A DNA stretch of 50,956 nt from Chiloscyllium plagiosum (Eukaryota): positions 1-50,956 of the forward strand of contig NW_025214918.1 of assembly GCF_004010195.1 (NCBI RefSeq), given 5' to 3'. Position numbers and translations under genes: made by a program. Under the pieces are notes generated by a model. The model searched no databases, was not told where the DNA came from, and saw only the letters and a program-made list of their open reading frames with translations. Position 1 is the first letter of the stretch; every line of letters starts with the position of its first letter. Positions 1-12,800 of the stretch are shown in pieces.

Positions 1-107
1 CAGATACCTGGGCATCACTGTATGGTATACAACCAGCCCAGATGGTAACAAAATCAATATTGTGCTACATTGTGAGGGAACAGAATCCACTTAGACCCAA
101 TGTACGA

Positions 108-668
108 CACACTGATCACACACACACACGGATCACCCACACATGCTGATCACACACACACTCACTGATCACACCCACACACACTGATCACACCCACACA
201 CACTGATCACACCCACACACGCTGATCACACACACACACACTGATCACACCCACACACGCTGATCACACACACACACACTGATCACACCCACACTGATCA
301 TACACTGATCACACCCACACACACTGATCACACCCACACACACTGATCACACCCACACACACTGATCACACCCACACACACTGATCACACCCACACACAC
401 TGATCACACCCACACACACTGATCACACCCACACACACTGATCACACCCACACACACTGATCACACCCACACACACTGATCACACCCACACACACTGATC
501 ACACCCACACACACTGATCACACCCACACACACTGATCACACCCACACACACTGATCACACCCACACACACTGATCACACCCACACACGCTGCTCTCACA
601 CACACAAACACAGATCACACACGCACGCTGATCACACACACACACTGATCACACACACACACTGATCA
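108..668. repeat. 19-bp minisatellite (CACACCCACACACACTGAT)n
   Basis: Near-perfect head-to-tail units, each containing the TGATCA palindrome. The core (~305-580) is homogeneous, the edges are degenerate, and the array ends at an N (669). Confidence 0.97.
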
Positions 669-879
669 NTATACATTGAAAGATAAATATTAATGCACAG
701 TTTTGTCCACACTGCTTGTCATGTATCTTTCCATTAGGTTGAGTAAGTCTACTTTGGTAAATTACTTTTCCAAATTTAAGCTATCTCCCTGACATGTTCC
801 GAACAAAGAACCTGTAAAAGGGTTGATACATCATTGATTTTCTCACCAACCTAATTCCATTTAAAATGTGTCATGACCA

Positions 880-1185
880 ATGGAGGAGGGGGATTAGAAA
901 ATGAAATAGTGACCTCTCCAGCCCCAGTCTGAACAGGGATGAGGAGAAATTTACAAAGGGCTTTTTGAGTGGGAATGGTCTTCCCCAGAAGTTTGTGGTG
1001 CTTGTGTGTTTGCATTAATGCAAAGCCATGCTACTACGATATTGGATAGTAAATGACAATGAACTACAGACAGGAAAGTGAGGCTGAAGGCACAGCCTGA
1101 TCCGCCACAATCTTAGTGCCTGGTGGAGAAGGCTCAAAGTGTCGAATGACCAACCATTCTCCTCAGTCCCATGTTCCTATGTTCC
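880..1185 (+). mobile_element. Old CR1-like LINE 3' end
   Basis: Degenerate CR1 3' motifs (gatgaggagaaattt, ggtggagaaggctcaaag) ending in an atgttcctatgttcc tail. Confidence 0.6.
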
Positions 1186-2949
1186 ACTGAAGCTCTCACA
1201 CATGCTGGACAGGAACGGTCGGAGGCCATTTACCCCAATAACCTGGTTCACAGAAACAGCGGAAACAATTCAGCTGATGAAGACTGTCACACACATTTTG
1301 ACATGGCGTTGGAAAATATTCTTGGGAAAAGAAAGGGTAGGTGGCGGTGTGAAACATCTCACTCCTCCGTCTTTACAGAACTGTCTTCATTCGTTGGTCA
1401 TGTTGTCGATCCAGATTTACTGTAAATACAGCGCCCACATCTCACCCAGAGATGGCCCAGAAAAACCTTTGGTCTCCCTGACTGCAACATCCAATAACAG
1501 AACTTCCAGAAAAATAACTTCCCAATAAAAGAATGAGAGAACGTCAGATACAAGAATAGGTCATCAACATTCTGATGCCTCAGAAAACCATTGTGCCCAC
1601 TTCTAAACATCTTAGTGATCTACCTCCCCTCCCTCTCGGGAATACAGAAGTCCCGACAGTCACTACCCTCTTTGAGAAGGAAACGCTACTCACAAAGACA
1701 CAGTGACCTATTCACATGAATAAAAGATATGAACACGCGGTAAGAGTAACTGGCCCTGATATCAAGGCAGGATTTCAAGGAACCCGAACAGAATTGAATG
1801 CAATAGGAATTAGTCGTAAACTCTCCACTGGTTAGATGCATTCAGAGGACAAGGGAAGATATTTGTGGTTGGTAAGGATCAATCAGCTCTGTCATAGGAC
1901 ATCTCAGGGCGCATCCTCGAGGTAGCTTTCTTCAGTTGCTTCAACGTCTTACCCACATCATACGGTCAGAAGTGGGAGATGCTCACTGAAGATTGTTAAG
2001 CATAATTTGTCACTTGTCCACTGCTGATACAGTCCATGTCCATGTGCAGCAAGACCTGGATAGCATCTAAACTGTGTTGCTGAAGTGAAGGTAACATTCA
2101 TGTAACAGTCCTACTCTTTCCCACAGTTAAATAAGAGAAGCTCATTCAGCACCTCAAGCTGTTTGCAACGGAATGTATTCAACTCACTGAAACTATTGGA
2201 CAAGAACAGGGATAGCCAATTCAGTCCCTCCTACCTATTACACAAGGAGGGAAGGAGTGTAGACAGCAAATCGAGGTGTTAAACAGGAGACAGGAGTTGC
2301 CAAGTCAGGTCTTTGAGTCTCTTCCATGTGACCAGGAAGAGGTCACTCAGCCTGTCAAATTAATTATACAAAAATAGTAAGATGTCATTGATGCCCCAAC
2401 ATGACAAACAGTGAAGCAGAGACTACACAGATAAACTGCTCTATGTTGTTCCTCCTGGACCCATTGCTCGTGGTACACGTGTTAATTTAACTTGGTTTAC
2501 AGAAGGTGAGAAGGTAAAGTGGATGGTTTGTGCCATGTCTCAACGAAATAGCTTCTGTCTCTGAAAAGACAGATTGGTGTTTCGATAAAGATTAGAAACT
2601 GGTGGGAATGGCTTACTCTTTCAGAAGTAAGGCATTGTGGCTGCTGACAGATTTGTAAACAGTGCAGGTTCATACACCAACTGCATATTGAGACAGTGAG
2701 AGTTCATTCAGAACCTGGAGCTGCCTTTTAACCAACATGGGGTAGGTATGTGAACTATTGGGAATCAAATATCATGGAAAAATGTAATGTTTCACCTGAC
2801 CACTGTCTTTTTCTTGACAATATGAGCGTTAGTGCCTAATCTTCAAGTTTAAATGTAAATGTTATTCGCTTTCAGCGCCACGGATTGAACACTCATTTTC
2901 CTCACAATTTCTTCACGGTACCATTATCCCAGGAATAAGTCCGGTGAAA

Positions 2950-4050
2950 CTATTTTGAACTATCTCAGTCTCAATGAAATCATTCCTTATAAAGGAGAGA
3001 GAATCTGTACTCAGTGTCCCAAATACTGTCCAAGCAACACGCTACAACTGCAGGAAGATGAATTTACTTCAACACTTGAAGCATTTTGTAATGAAGGACA
3101 ACATACCATTTACTGTCCTGATTACTTGCTGGCTCATGTGAATTGTGTAAGTGATAACTGCAGTTCCCAATCTCTTATCTTCTCATGAATTCAAAATGAA
3201 AAGGACTGTATTTGTTGCTCACATTCAATTCATTTCTTTGCCTTGTGAGCAGCTGTGCTCCAAGCACTGATACATGGGCTACCTGATGAGCAATGACCTT
3301 TAGTCCAGAGCAGAATCTTACTCTCTGTATTCTCCCCATTAGCAAATTCTCAATCCATGTTCTATATTCACCCCTTCCACAAGGACTTTAACGTTCTTCA
3401 CTCACCTGTCAAAAGCCTCCTGAAAATTCAAATACACTGTTCCCATTGGTTCTCATTTGTTGATGTCACAATTAACATCCTCCACAAACTACTAGTTGTT
3501 TATCGAAAACGATTTCCCTTTCTAAAATCTAGGCTGACTCCGCAAATCATATCATTATTCTCCAAAGATCTAGTTATTACGAATTACTAAAAAAAAACTA
3601 ATATTTTCCCTCACATCTGAGATCGATTTATTCATCAGTTGGTATTCTGATTTCCCTCTCTCTCCTGTTTTAAATATTTTGGGTCGCAGTAGCTATTTCC
3701 AAGTCTGCAGCATCCTTTCCATAACACAAAAAGCTTTGACAAACTTTGCCCTCCCTCAAGGAGTTAAGGAAATGACTGTACAGAATCAGGTCATTCTGTA
3801 CCTGCTCCCGAAAGAGCTACCCGGCAAGCACAACTCTACAGCCCTAACTCTGTAGCCCTCTCAATTCATAATTCATTTAGTTCAGCAACGTACCAACGCT
3901 CAGTACAATGAGCTTTGTTTTTTTTTCCCAGTACTTCCTCTTTAATAATTCTAACTTCTTGCCGTTCCACATTTTCGCCAGTCACCATGTTCCCTAACAT
4001 TTCGGGAAGATTTTCTCATCCTTCCTCTGTGGAGACAGAACCAACATATT
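2950..4050 (-). mobile_element. Highly decayed CR1-like LINE ORF2 fragments
   Basis: Antisense remnants of CR1 RT motifs (tcaaaagcctcctgaaaattcaaatacac corresponds to VYLNFQEAFD). Confidence 0.6.
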
Positions 4051-4779
4051 CACCTCACCAGACGGAGATGGCCTCTGTCACTTTGTGAGTATATGAGAGG
4101 ATTGCACTGTGGCCAAATGGATGCTTCACCCACTCCTCCCTAGAACGTTCCAGAATCAAAACAGTTGGAGGGCATTTTGCGTACAGTCCTCATCCTGGTG
4201 TGAGACTACAGGTTATGCTGGAGCAGGTTTCACAGCTCTGTGACCTCCTCATTGTTGAAATTAACTAGCTTCACACTTTGCACATGGAAACCATTCAACA
4301 TTGGGAAATATTTGTGGAAGTCTCAGAAAGGAGAGTGTAGTGTCCTGCTCCTTCCTATGCAGTCTCTGCCGACCCAGACTCTCTCCAAAATGCAGTGCCA
4401 AAACCTTGTCCAGAGTGGGGACACCAGACACTCAGATTTCCCTAAGTCATTGTAGTAGCTGATAACACAAACCCAAGAAAACAATCCAGAGAATCTCCTC
4501 TCACTTTCAAGTGACGGGTACAAGTCTGTATATATGTCACACCCACTCAGAGTTAAGAAATGGCTTGCTCTCCCCAGTTTCTATTCCTGGCTTAGAAACC
4601 ATTGCAGCTCTGCACAGTCCCCGTGAGCTGAAATGCTACTGGTTCTGTTCTCCGTGGAAGTAGTTGACAATGTTACTGAAACACTTTCTGTACCTCAGTA
4701 ACAATAACAGCAACACTACCATTACCAGTGTAGATGCTGTGAATGCGATGGTCTAGGGCTCTTATCTCCAGACTATTCA

Positions 4780-5200
4780 CCGAGTGGCCCAGCTAATGAC
4801 TCAAACCTGGACTTGAATCCCGCCTCATCAGATTGTGAAATCAATGTAATATTTGGGTTAACAATCTAATGAAAGATTGCCAATTGTTAAATAAAAACAA
4901 ACACTTGTGTCCTTGGTGGAAGGAAATCTGTATTCTCCACGTGGTCAGGCCTACATGTGACACCAGACTCAAAGCAATGTGATTGACTCTCAATTGCCCT
5001 TTGAAATGGCCAAGTCAGCCATTCAGTTATATCACTACAAGGTCTCAAAGAAATGAAACCAAACAGATCTAAGCACTGGCAGCCTCCAGCATGTGGACTA
5101 CTATGGTTCAAGAAGGCAGCTGAAAAACACCTTCTCATGAGCAACCCGGAAAGGGAAACATACTGGCCCAGCCAGGTTCACCCAGGTCGCATTAATGAAT
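4780..5200 (+). mobile_element. Elasmobranch SINE-like repeat, second family (possibly SacSINE1/Deu-SINE related)
   Basis: Core ggaaggaaatctg...ggcctacatgtgacaccagac...ttgactctcaattgccctttgaaatggcc recurs at 42436-42540. Related pieces at 19985-20175 (-) and 36560-36910. Family name is tentative. Confidence 0.6.
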
Positions 5201-5481
5201 TAAAGAAGATGATCATACTCAGGGAAGAGAGACAGAGGGGACAAAAATATGGAATGTACAAAGACCTTGTTCATGAAAACCCCTGGATTAATGAGCCAGG
5301 GACAGAATGAAAATAACATTAGTTAGGAGACAGAAAGGAATGGGAGCAGTGGTTGTGAAGATGTGAGGGGAATACAACGATATTTCCCCAGTCACCATCA
5401 TGCTTTCTGGCAAACAGAATGAAATGTAACGCAAAGCATCAAAACTTATTACATTTGGGAAACAGAATGCTGAATGCTGAT

Positions 5482-5775
5482 GTGGCTCTGTATGTCAGTG
5501 ATTAGCACTATATTTTCACAGTGCTAGGGCTTGGTTCGATTCCAACCACAGGCGAATCTCTGTGTGGAGTTTGCATATTCTCCCCACATCCGCATGTGTT
5601 TCACCCCACAGTTCAAAGATATGCAGGTTAGATGAATTGGCCAAGCTAATCTTCTCATTGTGTTCACCGATGTGTCGGTTAGGCACAATGTTGAGGGGTC
5701 AATATCGGGGGGTAGAAGAATAGGCCTGGTCAGGTTCCTCTTCCAAGGACCTGTTTCCACACTACATGCATTCAA
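5482..5775 (+). mobile_element. HE1/V-SINE-type tRNA-derived SINE (degenerate)
   Basis: A/B-box-like head (cagtgattagca...ggttcgattcc), V-domain (ctgtgtggagtttgcatattctcccc) and CR1-derived tail. Confidence 0.85.
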
Positions 5776-5869
5776 ATGAATGTGAACAGGACTGTTTCAA
5801 ATGGAAAGAGTAGTATGCTACGTAAGTATCTTAATCACTGGATATACAGTTCGACAGGGTTGTGCACAT

Positions 5870-7445
5870 ATAGAACATAGAAAATTACAAGGCAGTACAA
5901 CCCTTCGGCCCTTGATGTTGCACCAACCCATGAAACCAATCTGAAGCCCATCTAAACTACACTACTCCATTTTACATCGATATGCCTATTCAATGATCAT
6001 TTAAATGGCCTTGAAGTTGGCGAGTCTACTACTGTTGCAGACTGTGCTTTCCACACCCTTGCTACTCTCTGAGTAAAGAAATGACATCCCACATCCTTCT
6101 TATATTCATTAAAACTCAAGTTAAAGCTATGTATCCTCGAGCTAGCCATTATCATTCAAGCAAACAGGCTCTCGCAATCCAACCTATCTGATCTCTGATT
6201 ATATTAAATGTCAGAATTAAGTCACCTCTCAACATTCTCTCAAACGAAAACAGCCTCAGGTCCCTCAGCCTTTCCTCGTAAGATCTTACCTCCATACCAG
6301 GAAACAGCCTAGTAAAGCTCCCCTGAACCTTTTCCAACGATTCTACATTCTTCCACGAATGAGGTGACCAGAACTGTATTCAATAGTCCAAGTGCTGCTG
6401 CACCAGGGTTTTGTACAGCTGCAGCATGACCTCAGGGTTCGGAAACAAAATCCATCTAGTAATAAAAGCAAACACACCATATGCCTTCTGATCAACACTA
6501 TCAAACTTAGTAGCAACTTTCAGGGATCTATGTACATGGACACTGAGGAATCTACTCATTTGCACTACCATGAGTCTTACCAAGAGCCCAATACTCTGCA
6601 TTCCTGTTGCTCCATCCAAAGTGGATCACCTGACATTGGTCCGCATTGCATTCCGTTTTGCACCTCACAGCCCAGCCTCCAAATTATCTGTGTCCTGATG
6701 TAACCTACAACATCCTTTGGCACTATCCACAACTCAAGCGACCTTAGTGTCATTTGCAAATTTACGAACCCATCCTTCTACGCCATCATCCAGATCACTT
6801 ATAAAAATGACAAACAGCAGTGGACCCAAAACAGATCCTTGCGGTACACCACTAGTAACTGAACTCCAGGATGAACATTTCCCATCAGCTACCACCCTCT
6901 GTCTTCTTTCAGCTAGCCAATTCCTGATCCAAACCACTAAATTACCTTCAATCCCAAGCCTCCGTAGTTTTTTGCAATAGCCTATCGTGGGGAACCTTAC
7001 CAAACGCTTTACAGAATGTCATATTCATTACATCAACCGCATTACCATAAAGATCAAAGCCAAAGGCTCTGCAATCTCCTCCCAGGCTTCCCAGAGAATC
7101 CTAGGATAAACCCCATCTGGCACAGGGGAGTTATCTATTTTTACATTTTCCAGCATTGCTAAAACCTCTTCCTTGTGAAACTTTATCCTATCCAATCCAA
7201 TGACCTGTATCTCAGGATTCTCCTAAACAACATTGACTATTTTCTAGTGTGAATACTGATGAAAAAAAATCACTTAAGACTTTCCCTATCTTCTCTGACT
7301 CCAAGCACAACTTCCCACTACTACACTTGATAGGCCCTAATCTTACTCTAGTCATTGTTTTATTCCTGATATAGCTATTGAAAACTTTCGGGTTTTCCTT
7401 GACCCAATCTACCAATGACTTCTCATGTCCCCTCCTGGCTCTTCG
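5870..7445 (-). mobile_element. CR1/HER1 LINE ORF2 (RT) with 3' end, internally deleted
   Basis: Minus-strand peptides [22 protein letters not shown]...KFANDTK, LQLYKTLV, YEERLRDLRLFS and KENPKVFNSYI; atagaac-type tail at ~5870. Confidence 0.95.
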
Positions 7446-7624
7446 ATGCACAGAATTAAAAAAACACGACATGGATAACACAACGTGCAGAGCCATGGGA
7501 AGAATACGGAACAACATCAGTAGAAATAAAGCTCATCACGTGCTGATACAGAGAGTTTTGCTTCAGTAACCACCACCTTTGTTATAATAATGATGTACAA
7601 TTCTAAAGTGTTAAAATAAAACAT

Positions 7625-7885
7625 TCGGCCCATCGAGCTGACACTGATCCTCTGAAGGCACAGATCGCCCTCCTACAAGATTCCTCTATCTCCCATAGTT
7701 AAAGCAAATAGTTGCAGATGAACAATTTTTCATGGTCAATTGGGAGGAATCAGAAACACCAGGACGAAACACTTGCAGAGACGGGAAGAATATGAAAGCT
7801 CATTACAGACAGTGGCCCAAGGGTGGAATTGAGCGCAGGTTCCCAGGTGTTTCGAGACAGCCGTGCTCGCCACCGTGCCACCCAC
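7625..7885 (-). mobile_element. Degenerate HE1/V-SINE
   Basis: Antisense V-domain (tgggagg...gcagagacgggaagaatatgaaagctc) and head (caccgtgccaccc). Confidence 0.7.
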
Positions 7886-7914
7886 CCAAATATGTCACTG
7901 TGCTAGCGTATATG

Positions 7915-8125
7915 AGGGAACTTGGAAATCTCAAATACAAGTGGAAAAAGTTGGTGAAACACAGCTGATGAGTCAATATCTTGAGAGTGAAAGAGAGTTA
8001 ACATATTGAGACGAACATGACTCTATTCTGAAAAAAGTCATATTGGTCTTAGAACGTTAATTCTTTTTCTGCTCAGATGCTGCTGGACTTGTTAAAGTTT
8101 CCAGCAATTCCAACTTCCTTTTTCA
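7915..8125. mobile_element. Palindromic Penelope-type terminal repeat fragment (decayed)
   Basis: Inverted arms around ttaacatattgagacgaacatgactctattctgaaaaaagtcatattggtcttagaacgttaa, followed by cagatgctgctggacttg. Confidence 0.55.
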
Positions 8126-8221
8126 TTTGGAGTGTGGATATTTTACTGATATGAAAGGGAACAGTGATGCTGCCATTTCAGTTAATTCTCGTGCATTTGG
8201 TTATAGTCCTTGAATAAAACA

Positions 8222-10183
8222 AATTAAAAGCTTTTTATTTGACAGAGCCCTAAATATTAATAACATTTTCTGCGTCATAAATCACGATGAAAATGTTGAA
8301 TTCAGTGGCCATGAATCACACGATCAATCCTCTATAAGTAACCAATTGAATTAAGGATCCCAATCATTACCTCAATGTCATATCATTGCCCCAGTGTCAC
8401 TAGGGTCATACTCATTCTGCAAGTTCTCACATTTCTGAAACTTTAGATGAAACTGTGGAAACATAAGATACATTAGTACAGGGCATAGTCACCCACGGGT
8501 ATTGGAAGGTACTAGCATGGGCACAATCACTCTGGAAAAGGCGACAAAGAGCAGCCTACTTGAATCTCTTCTGTCCAAGTGATGCACATATACTCAGAGG
8601 TGCACATTCCAAGATGTTTTAACAACTGGTAGTGTAGGAAGAGCAAATTAATTCCTCGTCAGGATGACATGTAACTTAGAAGATAACTTGTAGAGATTGT
8701 TTTCCCATTGTTCCCATTGCCAGTGCAGAATGTTCTCTCATTCCCATTAATCACAGTTTTGCTCAGCGTCCTTGATTTCACGCTCAGTCAAGTCCTGCTT
8801 CGATCGAAAGGGAAGTCTCTCTGATCTCATTTCAAATTATATTAGAAGATCAATTAAAAGAACAAGGAGCAAAAGACAAGAATGATGTTTGTTTAAACAA
8901 TATCCTCACAATATACAAAAGACAATTTGTACATAGACTTCCAATTCTGTCCCAAGATGGTTGTTCTGTTGGTAATGAGGCTGTTTGGTTAAGTGTTGTG
9001 ATAGAGGGACAAGAAGAAACTCCACTCTGTACCAATAGTTAACAAAGCCATCCTGTTCATGGCGCATCAGACAGTGGCAAACATGCTATTTTCTGTTGCT
9101 GTTGGACAGTGAACATTTCATACGCACCATTCACTGATGACATGGAATAGCAAAGAGGTAAGCAATTTCCAGCATTTAGTGTGAGAGCAAAAAGAATTAA
9201 AAGCTTTTTATTTGACAGAGCCCTAAATATTAATAACATTTTCCGTGTCATAAATCACGATGAAAATGTTGAATTTAGTGGCCATGAATCACACGATCAA
9301 TCCTCTATAAGTAACCAATTGAATTAAGGATCCCAATCATTACCTCAATGTCATATCATGCTCCTGGTGTCACTAGGGCCATACTCATTCAGCAAGATCT
9401 TACATTTCTGAAACTTCATATGAAACTGTGGAAACATAAGATACATTGGTACAGGGCATAGTCACCCACGGGTATTGGAAGGAACTAGCATGGGCAGATT
9501 ATACGTGTCAAACACAAACACTCTGGAAAAGGCGACATTGAGCAGCCTACTTGAATCTCTTCTGTCCAAGTGATGCACATACACACAGAGCTGCACATTC
9601 CAAGATGTTTTATCAACTGGTAGTGAAGGAACAGCAAATTAGTTCCTCGTCAGGATGACATGTAACTTAGAAGGTAACTTGTAGAGATTGCTTTCCCATT
9701 GTTCCCATTACCAGTAGAGAATGTTCTCTAATTGCCATTAATCACAATTTTGCTCAGGGTCCTTGATTCCACGCTCAGTCAAGTCCTGCTTCGATTGAAA
9801 GGGAAGGCTCTCTGATCTCATCTCAAATTATATTAGAAGATCAGTTAAAAGAACAAGGAGAAAAAGACAAGAATTATGTTTGTTTAAACAATATCTTCAC
9901 AATATACAAAAGACAATTGATACATGGACTTCCAATTCTGTCCCAAGATGGTTGTCCTGTTGGTAATGAGGCTGTTTGGTTAAGTGTTGTAATAAAGGGA
10001 CAGGAAGAAACTCCACTCTGTAGCAATAATTAATAAAGCCATCCTGTTCATGGCGCATCAGACAGTGGCAAACATGCTATTCTCTGTTGCTGTTGGACAG
10101 TGATCATTTCAAACGCACCTTTCACTGATGACATGGAATAGCACAGAAGTCAGCAATTTCCAGCATTTAGTGTGAGCAAAAAG
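8222..10183. repeat. Direct tandem duplication, two copies of a ~973-bp unit (8222-9194; 9195-10183)
   Basis: Both copies start aattaaaagctttttatttgacagagccc and end cagcatttagtgtga(ga)gcaaaaag. Scattered substitutions and one ~18-bp indel near 9497. Confidence 0.97.
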
Positions 10184-11129
10184 GGAAAGGGACAGTCAGG
10201 GAAAGTGGGAATGATAGGGAACTGTGTGATACACAGTGCGAGAAGTGTGAAGGGAGATGTTCAGTGGAAGGCTATGTCACAGCAGAAGGGGCAATGCAAG
10301 GAAAGTAGGTGGGTAGGGAAATAGTAGGACGGGGAGGAGGCCGTGTGTCAGAAGGACCATCTGTGGCAGGCAATTTCATGCAGTTGGAAAACAGATTGAT
10401 GGATAATCAAACATCACTGTTCAGGAAAATTGGGATCTGGTTTCCTTCGAGTATTAGGAAAATGTTTTTCATACTTCTTTTATTAACAGGATTCTTGTTC
10501 ATATTGTACATCCACTCTACATTTCTGTATCTCCATCAAGTGCAGATATTTTCTTTTCTCTCCAATTCATTATCTCAACATTATATCACTTTATGACACT
10601 AAACAATATCCAGAACGGTGGGTGTTTTTTTCTATACATTTGCTTCCAATTCAATGTAGAAATGAGAATGTGATTTGATCTTCTACTGCATGCTTATATT
10701 ACAGAATTTAATTGAATCTTTATTCTCATCACCTAAGTTCTTTCAAACAAGTTTCATGAATGAGCCTGCGTCCATCCTGAAGATTAAAAAAAATGTTCCC
10801 TGGGCTCTGACGGGATTGCAGCGAATCTTATAAAGATTAGCTGCAGGCCCACATAAAATGGAAATGTTGCAGTGCACAGTGCCAAAAGCAACTCCAAGGT
10901 TAATGATGTACAAGCCTTATGAATAATACATGCAGAGGGCCGGAGTATAAAAGCAGAATTCAGTTCCATGTGCAAAATACTCTTTGTGGCTCCCGAATAA
11001 ATGCCCTCTTCTGCATCAAGAGGGAAAACTATAGACTGGAATTATCAATTCTTCCTCTGCGACAACGACTGTAGAATAGGTAGAAAATCGAGTTGTGTTT
11101 CTGATATTCATTCACGTTGATGATAAGAG

Positions 11130-11645
11130 TGTGGGAGATGGGGTGGGGGTTAGAGCATGATAAACAATGTTGTGGATGACACAATGATTATTCCGGTCGT
11201 TCACAGTGAGGACGAAAGTGTTAGGTTACAGGAGGGTACAACCGGATTGTTCAGATGACCAGAACAATGACCAATATGTGAGATGCTGCACTTTGAAAGA
11301 ATAACAACTCAAGAGAGTACTCAAACCATGAAGATAGGCTAGATTTGCTTTTGCTTTACTTTGGAGCAGAGAAGGTTATGGGGTGAACCTGACAGAGGTG
11401 TATAACAGCATGAGAGGTACAGACAGAGTGAACAGACAGCAGCTGTTCCCCTTAGTCAAACGGTTAAATACAAGGGGATACACGATAAAAATTAAAGACA
11501 AGGATATGTGAAATCTGTTTTGAACCCAGAGGATGATAAGCCTCTAGGATGCATTGCCTGTGAGGGTGGTTGAGGAAGGAAACCGTACAAACTTGGCAAA
11601 ACATTTGTATCAGCACTTCATGGTGCCAGATTTTATAGGCATCTG
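11130..11645 (+). mobile_element. Old CR1 RT/3' fragment
   Basis: gtggatgacacaatg (DDT motif), ttggagcagagaaggttatggggtga and CR1 3' end motifs. Confidence 0.75.
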
Positions 11646-12399
11646 CGTTATTACACCATTCCATGATATATTGTGAAGCACCACCCAATGGTAATTGTTG
11701 ATTTGTTCCATCGAACTGTGCTCAATAAGTGGGGAGATTACAAATCAGGATCATCCCATGGAGCATCAGCTTTCACTAAACCGAGGACAGCCCGGCCATC
11801 CCTGAAAATATCCAAGATGATTTATATGCTCAGTGTAAGTTTCGTTCAATAAGCCCACCAACATTATTCCTATTTGAAAACATTACTTTAAGGACACCAA
11901 AAAACATAGAAACCAACTTTCCTTCATTATTATGTAGGCTTCTCGTTGTAAGGTTGTTATTTATCGGTAGAATAATAAATTCCTTGCCATACATTCACTT
12001 TGACAAAGAGTCAGATTTCCTGCGTTTTTCTGCCAGCTGTTCATCACAGTATGGTGGCTTGTTTAACACTCCGTCCACTACCAGTAATACGTACTCCCAG
12101 CTAAACTGGCAAATGAGATGCACAGCTGGTACTTTCTCCCAACAGCCACTTGGACAGACCAACACCACCTGGACTGGAAATTCTCAACGGCAATTAATGT
12201 TAGACTAGCTCCATTAAAATCCCAAATGAATTTTTGAAAAATCCGATGTCCTCATAATAATTGAACAATGTAACCATGTTTACTGATCTGATGAGTTTGT
12301 TGCGGCCTTTGAAGTCGTCTCACCATTTCCATAGCTTGTGAGCATCAAGTGGTGAAGTGTATAACCTCCAAAGTCCCATTGCATCCTGACGTGCATCGA

Positions 12400-12800
12400 A
12401 TATAATGTCCATTCACTGTCACTTGTTCAGAATCCTGTAACTGTCTCTGAAACAAAAACATTACTGTTCCTGCACCACGAGGACCACTGTGTGCATCTTC
12501 TCTGGACTGCTTTGCATATCATTATTGCCATAGCTCTTTCGATGTGGTCTCGCCAGTACTCTGTAAAACTGTAGAAAATATTTCCTACTTCTGAATGAAT
12601 TCTGTTTCAAAAACGTTTCAGCATTTGTCTGGCCTCTCTAAAACTTTGATTTACGCATTTTTTTGTGTGTGATCCAAGTGCCTGGTTGCTCTGTGCCTCA
12701 ATTCAATCTCTCCATTGAAATAACTCCTGCTTTCCATTAAACTGCCAACATATTTGAACACATACACATTTTCCATTCTATGCTCCATACACCAATATTT
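12400..12800 (-). mobile_element. Decayed non-LTR retrotransposon fragments
   Basis: Minus-strand FLQFYRVLARPH (CR1 LQLYRALVRPH motif) next to ENVYVFKYVGS (FKYLGS-like motif of RTE/L2-type RT). Confidence 0.5.

Noticed and set aside
108..668. CRISPR-like array
   Set aside because: Units are contiguous with no unique spacers, there are no cas genes, and the context is vertebrate.
1375..1420. Minus-strand terminal exon NLDRQHDQRMKTVL*
   Set aside because: Weak acceptor, no recognisable homology and no supportable upstream exons.
1139..1528. 129-aa ORF as a host gene
   Set aside because: GTG start inside a CR1 tail and no recognisable domain.
1699..1726. Recombination signal sequence (CACAGTG heptamer), also at ~34434 and ~42197
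   Set aside because: No convincing ACAAAAACC nonamer at 12/23 spacing and no V, D or J coding segments.
4323..4560. SGCDIY peptide resembling MHC class I alpha-2
   Set aside because: Only a short motif matches; the downstream YDG/W/C pattern and splice sites are missing.
10309..10596. ORF with a hydrophobic TM-like stretch
   Set aside because: The hydrophobicity follows from T-rich DNA; GTG start and no family motif.
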